Part shown: positions 59,742 to 64,000 of the stretch, piece after piece
How the letters are laid out: every line of letters begins with the position of its first letter
Numbering within the stretch: the first letter of the stretch is position 1
Assembly (NCBI GenBank): GCA_050506795.1
Contig: JBJHCF010000023.1
Coordinates: 17,898-81,897 of the forward strand
From: Opitutia bacterium
GTDB lineage: Bacteria > Verrucomicrobiota > Verrucomicrobiia > Opitutales > T3Sed10-336
Length of the DNA stretch: 64,000 nt
Direction: 5' to 3'
The notes under the pieces: model-generated
Database searches by the model: none
What the model was told of the DNA's origin: nothing
The model's input: the letters and a program-made list of their open reading frames with translations, nothing else
Made by a program: the position numbers and the translations under genes

Positions 59742-61151
59742 ATGCACGCGTTATTTCGCCCCGTCGATATCGCCCCGCTGGTATTCTTTCGGATCGTGTT
59801 CGGTTTGGTCATGTTCTGGGAGGTGGGACGCTATTTCGGGCGGGGTTGGATCGCTTCAAAGTTTATCGAACCCGAGTTTTTCTTTACGTATTACGGATTC
59901 GACTGGGTAAGCCCGCTGCCGGGCTCCGGAATGTACCTGGTCTTCGCCCTCCTGGGGATCTTTTCGGTTCTGATTGTCCTGGGGCTATTTTACAAGGCGG
60001 CGATAACGGGCTTCTTCGTTTGCTTCACCTACGTCTTCCTGATCGACCAAACGAACTATCTCAACCACTTCTACCTCGTCATTCTGCTGAGTTTCCTGAT
60101 GATCTTTCTCCCTGCCAACCGGGCGTTTTCCGACGATCTGTATCTCTGGCCGAGGATGCGGACGGAAACCGTTCCGGCCTGGACGTTGTGGCTGTTGCGA
60201 GGCCAGCTCGCTATCGTGTATTTCTTTGCGGCAGTGGCAAAGGTCAACGGCGACTGGCTGATCCGCGGCGAACCGATTCGCACCTGGATGCAGCGCCGGA
60301 ACGAGTTGCCGGTCTTCGGACAGTACCTGGCCGATGAACCGATCGTCTATGCAATCGCTTGGGGCGGATTTCTCTTCGATCTTTTGATCGTGCCGCTGTT
60401 GTTATGGCGAAAAACGCGTATCCTCGGTTTTTCGGCGGCTCTTGCGTTTCATCTGACCAACTATTACCTCTTCAATATCGGCATTTTCCCCTGGCTGATG
60501 ATTGCCGCGACGACATTATTCTTCAATCCGTCCTGGCACCGGCAGCTGTTGGAGCGACTGCTGGGCGCCTTCGTAACGTCGGAAAAGTCAACGCTTCGCT
60601 CCCGTAAAAAATCCGGAAAACAAGCCCGCGAAGACCGTCGGACGGATTTGCAAGATCAGGCCGCCTTCTGCTCATCTCGGCAGCGGTATGTTGTCACTGG
60701 GTTGCTCGCCGCTTACATGTCCATCCAGGTTATACTCCCTCTGCGCCACCACCTTTATCCAAATCCCGTGGCCTGGAGTGAGGACGGACACATGTTTTCG
60801 TGGCGCATGCTGTTGCGGACAAAGTCCGCCCATGGAGAGTTTTTTGTTCGCGCGTACGATCCACGTGAGGATGCCTGGGATGAATTCTTTGTGAGAGGTT
60901 TAAATCTGACCGAAAGGCAGGAACGCAAGATGTGGACACGCCCCGACATGATCCTCCAGTACGCCCATCACTTGGCAGAAGAGAAGGAAGCGCAAGGATA
61001 TCGCCAGGTGGACCTCCGGGCTTTCGTCAACGTCTCCCTCAACGCCCGCCCCCGCCAGCCTTCTGTCGATCCCGATATCAACCTCGCGGATTATTCGCGC
61101 ACACTGCGCCCTACCTCATGGCTCCTTCCGTTGGGAGAACCGGCGCCATAA
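59742..61151 (+). CDS. HTTM-domain / vitamin K-dependent gamma-carboxylase-like membrane protein
   Basis: LVFFRIVFG, YLNHFYL, YFFAAVAKVNGDWL, IGIFP, WSEDGHMFSWRMLL, PDMILQYAHHL, VSLNARP. Confidence 0.9.
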   Translation: MHALFRPVDIAPLVFFRIVFGLVMFWEVGRYFGRGWIASKFIEPEFFFTYYGFDWVSPLPGSGMYLVFALLGIFSVLIVLGLFYKAAITGFFVCFTYVFLIDQTNYLNHFYLVILLSFLMIFLPANRAFSDDLYLWPRMRTETVPAWTLWLLRGQLAIVYFFAAVAKVNGDWLIRGEPIRTWMQRRNELPVFGQYLADEPIVYAIAWGGFLFDLLIVPLLLWRKTRILGFSAALAFHLTNYYLFNIGIFPWLMIAATTLFFNPSWHRQLLERLLGAFVTSEKSTLRSRKKSGKQAREDRRTDLQDQAAFCSSRQRYVVTGLLAAYMSIQVILPLRHHLYPNPVAWSEDGHMFSWRMLLRTKSAHGEFFVRAYDPREDAWDEFFVRGLNLTERQERKMWTRPDMILQYAHHLAEEKEAQGYRQVDLRAFVNVSLNARPRQPSVDPDINLADYSRTLRPTSWLLPLGEPAP

Positions 61152-61295
61152 CCCCCCCAGCGTCTCGCAGCCGCCTTCGAGTGTTCGCGCAACTACCTCC
61201 CCCGTCTCCCATTTCAAATAGATCCAGAGCCTAGGCCGAATTCATCGGCATCGGTGATTCCATCGATTGATAACATGGTAGATAATTTGCCGGCT

Positions 61296-61396
61296 GGAGC
61301 GCACCAGAACATTATGTCAAGTCCCGCCCCTTCCGAACGCTCCGCGAGTGGCAGGAAGGAAAAGGCGGGATTGGACATAATGTCGTTGTGCGTCGG
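61296..61396. other. Pair of inverted dif-like (Xer-type) recombination sites; probable element boundary
   Basis: GGAGCGCACCA-GAACA-TTATGTCAAGT (61296-61322) and, inverted, ATTGGACATAA-TGTCG-TTGTGCGTCGG (61370-61396); compare E. coli dif GGTGCGCATAA-TGTATA-TTATGTTAAAT. Confidence 0.6.
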
Positions 61397-61604
61397 AAGC
61401 AGGCTCTTAAAAACCAAGGGCGGGGCCGGGGGAGGGGGTGACGGGAGGGGCGGCCGATTGGAACCGAAGAGAGCGACGGCGTCCCGCGCTTGCGGGATGC
61501 TTTGAGGGAGCCTAGGCGACCGGTAGCAGATGCCGTGACGGAGCGCCGATGTAAAGACAAGGTTTGGAGAAAGTTTCCACTTACAGCAAAGAATCGACGA
61601 TGGT

Positions 61605-62447
61605 TCATTCAACGTATGCGACTTCGGTCTCAACGCCCTTAATCTTCTCAGACACAAGCAATTCTCTGACTTTGGGCGAAATAAGGATTATTCGTTCCGG
61701 GCGTAACAGTCCTCTTCGCATGCCGACGAACTGACGTGTGCAAATGATTTCGGTATCGCCGCAAGATCCAGACTTAATTGTCACCTCCGAAAGGAGGTTA
61801 AGTCCAATCAAATCACCACACTGACAACGGAATTTACCTTCCTCATCTTCATCAAAGGGATCAAGGCCAACGCGTGTTGGAGCGACGACTTCCGCATTGG
61901 CATTGGATACAAGCAATTGAAACCAGTTTTGGGATTCCGCACTTGATGAAGGGTTTGCGCGAACAGGACGCAACTCAGCACCATTGATGCCATGTCGAAC
62001 AAATAGCTCACGCAACCGCCGAGATACCACAATCTCACCGGCAATGGTCCGGCTGACATCTTTGCTTTTTGGTATTTGCTTTTCGGGTAAGTAAAGCGGC
62101 GTGACCTGTCTTGCTCCCGCTCCGCAATGGGAACACGCCACTGATTCATCGTATTTAGTTCCCAACTCCTCGCCAGCAGGCTCAAATACAGAAGTAACTT
62201 TAAAATGGAAAAGTTTCGCAGCGGCAATTTCCGCCTTTGTGAAACGCCGCCGAATCCGGCAAGCGGTGAAAAGAGTCCTTCCCTCACGCCTGAGTCGTTT
62301 GTCCATAAGTCCAATCTCGGCAAACCTTGCTGAGGTAGTATCAAGTTCAACTTTTCGGACACTTCCACCAAGCGACACGCCTTCATCTAAAGCGAGGAAG
62401 CGCTTCGCGTGTTCTTCTGGTATCCTTAACTCTGCAACTTCCTTCAT
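61605..62447 (-). CDS. Putative immunity protein with two Cys knuckles (CSHCG, CQCG)
   Basis: Starts 6 bp after the toxin stop; lower GC; double CxxCG-like motifs. Confidence 0.6.
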   Translation of the reverse strand: MKEVAELRIPEEHAKRFLALDEGVSLGGSVRKVELDTTSARFAEIGLMDKRLRREGRTLFTACRIRRRFTKAEIAAAKLFHFKVTSVFEPAGEELGTKYDESVACSHCGAGARQVTPLYLPEKQIPKSKDVSRTIAGEIVVSRRLRELFVRHGINGAELRPVRANPSSSAESQNWFQLLVSNANAEVVAPTRVGLDPFDEDEEGKFRCQCGDLIGLNLLSEVTIKSGSCGDTEIICTRQFVGMRRGLLRPERIILISPKVRELLVSEKIKGVETEVAYVE

Positions 62448-62453
62448 CAGGAC

Positions 62454-62936
62454 TTATCCTCCAGGCAACGGATACTTATCGTAAACTTGTCGCATAATTT
62501 CTTGTAGACGTTCGGGAGAAGGTTTCTGAGAGCCATAGGGATGTAATCGTCGAAACTCATTTGCAATCTGCTGATGATACGCTCCGTCAAGAGGAACTAG
62601 AGGACCTTTGGCATCGCCCCCAAGATATTTGGGTGTGACGTGGTGTTGTTCGATCCTGCCTGCTTTATTTGGATACTGCCTTTGCGCGGATCTGACAAGA
62701 TCATCTGTATTCCTTGCGGCAACAGTGTATTCCGACGCGGTGTCGTAGTTCAACCAGCCGTTTATCCGGCATTGTTCGCGGGCTGACGGGCCGTTTTCCC
62801 CGGCGTTTTCAACGGCCCCGGAAAAAATTTCATCCGGCGCGGTTTTCCAGCTGACGGCCTCCGCGTCCGCGCTCGCGAAGAGCGAACCGAGGAAGGCGGC
62901 GAGGGTCAGCAGGAAAAATTTGAAGGAACACAACAT
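62454..62936 (-). CDS. Small secreted polymorphic toxin with an HNH-like nuclease C-terminus
   Basis: Signal peptide (..ADAEA), shared leader to VAAR, then EQHHVTPKYLGG..LDGAYHQQI. Confidence 0.65.
   Translation of the reverse strand: MLCSFKFFLLTLAAFLGSLFASADAEAVSWKTAPDEIFSGAVENAGENGPSAREQCRINGWLNYDTASEYTVAARNTDDLVRSAQRQYPNKAGRIEQHHVTPKYLGGDAKGPLVPLDGAYHQQIANEFRRLHPYGSQKPSPERLQEIMRQVYDKYPLPGG
62711..62777. repeat. 67-nt exact direct repeat (copy 1) at the leader/toxin junction
   Basis: Identical to 63440..63506; part of a ~210-bp imperfect repeat. Confidence 0.95.
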
Positions 62937-62940
62937 ACCA

Positions 62941-63177
62941 CTAGAACGCCCTCCAGCTTTCAGGTGTAATTCCCCAATTTTCCGAGGCTGATGATTCAGC
63001 TAAAGATTTACTTTCATACCAATCATCGTAAACAGCTTCAGCATCAAGCGATTCATGCAAATAAATGAAGAATCCGCCCGTATCATCAGGATCGTATTCA
63101 AGCACTGCCCAAGCAATTCCTTCTTGTCGAAAACACTCTGGGATTTCGGCATAAAACTTTAAGGTAGCATTGCTCAT
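62941..63177 (-). CDS. Putative immunity protein (78 aa, acidic/aromatic)
   Basis: ATGA overlap with the toxin stop; low GC; GFFIYL..YDDWYES..AE...ENWGI..W. Confidence 0.65.
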   Translation of the reverse strand: MSNATLKFYAEIPECFRQEGIAWAVLEYDPDDTGGFFIYLHESLDAEAVYDDWYESKSLAESSASENWGITPESWRAF

Positions 63178-63665
63178 GGGTCGATAAGTGGAACGTGCAA
63201 ATTCCTCAGAGGTTTTCCAGTGCTCGGATTAATTCGCTCGAAATGGACATGAGGTTGACCACCCATACCGCGACCAGTTAGGTCTGATGTTGTCATTCGA
63301 AACTGTCGAGTTCCATCCGCAGATCGAAACACTCCAGGGGCAATTTCTCGATACCCCGGCCCAAGATGGCGCTCTGCTGAAGTCAACGCTTGGTCAACCG
63401 TCCTAGCACGTCCAGTTGCATTAACGGCCTGAGGTGGTGTCCTTGCGGCAACAGTGTATTCCGACGCGGTGTCGTAGTTCAACCAGCCGTTTATCCGGCA
63501 TTGTTCACGGGTTGCGAGGCCGTTTTCCCCGACGTCTTCGAGGGTCCCGGAAAAAAATTCATCCGGCGCGGTTTTCCAGCCGAAGGCCTCGGCTTCCGGG
63601 CTCGCGAAGAGCGAGCCGAGGAAGGCGGCGAGGATCAACAGTAACAGCCGGAGCGGTCCTTTCAT
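63174..63665 (-). CDS. Small secreted polymorphic toxin with a putative RNase-type C-terminus
   Basis: Signal peptide (..PEAEA), shared leader to VAAR, then LGPGYREIAPGVFRSADGTRQFRM..DL....PHVHFE, resembling CdiA/Rhs toxin tips. Confidence 0.65.
   Translation of the reverse strand: MKGPLRLLLLILAAFLGSLFASPEAEAFGWKTAPDEFFSGTLEDVGENGLATREQCRINGWLNYDTASEYTVAARTPPQAVNATGRARTVDQALTSAERHLGPGYREIAPGVFRSADGTRQFRMTTSDLTGRGMGGQPHVHFERINPSTGKPLRNLHVPLIDP
63440..63506. repeat. 67-nt exact direct repeat (copy 2)
   Basis: Identical to 62711..62777; encodes EQCRINGWLNYDTASEYTVAAR on the minus strand. Confidence 0.95.
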
Positions 63666-63767
63666 CGCCGGGACGTTGGCAGATAAACAGGGCCGGGGCA
63701 ATCTCGCATTGCCCGGATTGAGTGCGGCTTACGGGAAGAGCGGCTAAAGAAAGAAGAGGCGACGCGC

Positions 63768-64000
63768 TCAGGCGTTTTCTTCGTCCTCGGCGTCGTCGAG
63801 CTCGGCTTTCAGTTCCTCGAGGGTGGTGTTTTCGAGGCGGGCGGGATGGGTGGCGGCGTGGATTTCCTTGAGCTTGCGGATGGAGACTTGGGTGTAGATC
63901 TGCGTGGTGCTCAATTCGGCGTGGCCGAGCAGTTGCTGGATGAATCGGATGTCGGCCCCGTTTTCGTGCATGAGCGTGGCGCAGGTGTGCCGAAGGAGGT
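63768..64000 (-). CDS. XerC-like tyrosine recombinase, C-terminal part (5' end outside the window)
   Basis: [44 protein letters not shown] and catalytic Y motifs. Confidence 0.92.
   Translation of the reverse strand, partial: LLRHTCATLMHENGADIRFIQQLLGHAELSTTQIYTQVSIRKLKEIHAATHPARLENTTLEELKAELDDAEDEENA

Noticed and set aside
61150..61212. tRNA as integration site (TTCGAG seen)
   Set aside because: I could not fold a cloverleaf or find an acceptor stem.
61214..61657. 147-aa minus-strand ORF as a further cassette gene
   Set aside because: Low-complexity translation across the dif-like hairpin; lacks the toxin leader and immunity-like composition.
61605..64000. Integron with attC cassettes
   Set aside because: The recombinase tail is XerC-like, genes are translationally coupled with no room for attC sites, and the repeats are coding.

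Overview
GC-rich bacterial DNA. The gene families (PVC-type haem-c dehydrogenase, prepilin-like paralogues, large secreted proteins sharing a C-terminal motif) suggest Verrucomicrobiota, probably Opitutales (inference). From left to right: a PVC-type redox cluster (CxxCH protein, ThuA, blue-copper protein); an arabinan-type hydrolase cluster (2x GH51, GH43); a large surface protein, PPK2, an EcxA-like metalloprotease and a Phd/VapC module; a duplicated prepilin-like gene pair with reciprocal internal deletions; a protein with three FGE-sulfatase (C-type lectin fold) domains whose tips resemble DGR variable regions; tryptophanase, a liv-type ABC operon, a second PIN TA module, kamA, carA, ccsA-hemA, GDPD, a beta-helix protein and an HTTM protein. 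Intergenic DNA is crowded with IS4-like MITEs (one with a perfect 10-bp TSD and a nested second MITE) and several REP-like palindrome families. The best candidate for an undescribed system is at the right end (61.3-64 kb). A XerC-like recombinase is followed by two tandem, lower-GC toxin-immunity cassettes. Both toxins are tiny (~160 aa), keep their own signal peptide, share a leader ending NGWLNYDTASEYTVAAR (a 67-nt exact repeat) and then switch to unrelated C-terminal domains. The array ends at two inverted dif-like sites able to fold into a hairpin. All family calls come from motif recognition by eye; no database searches were run.
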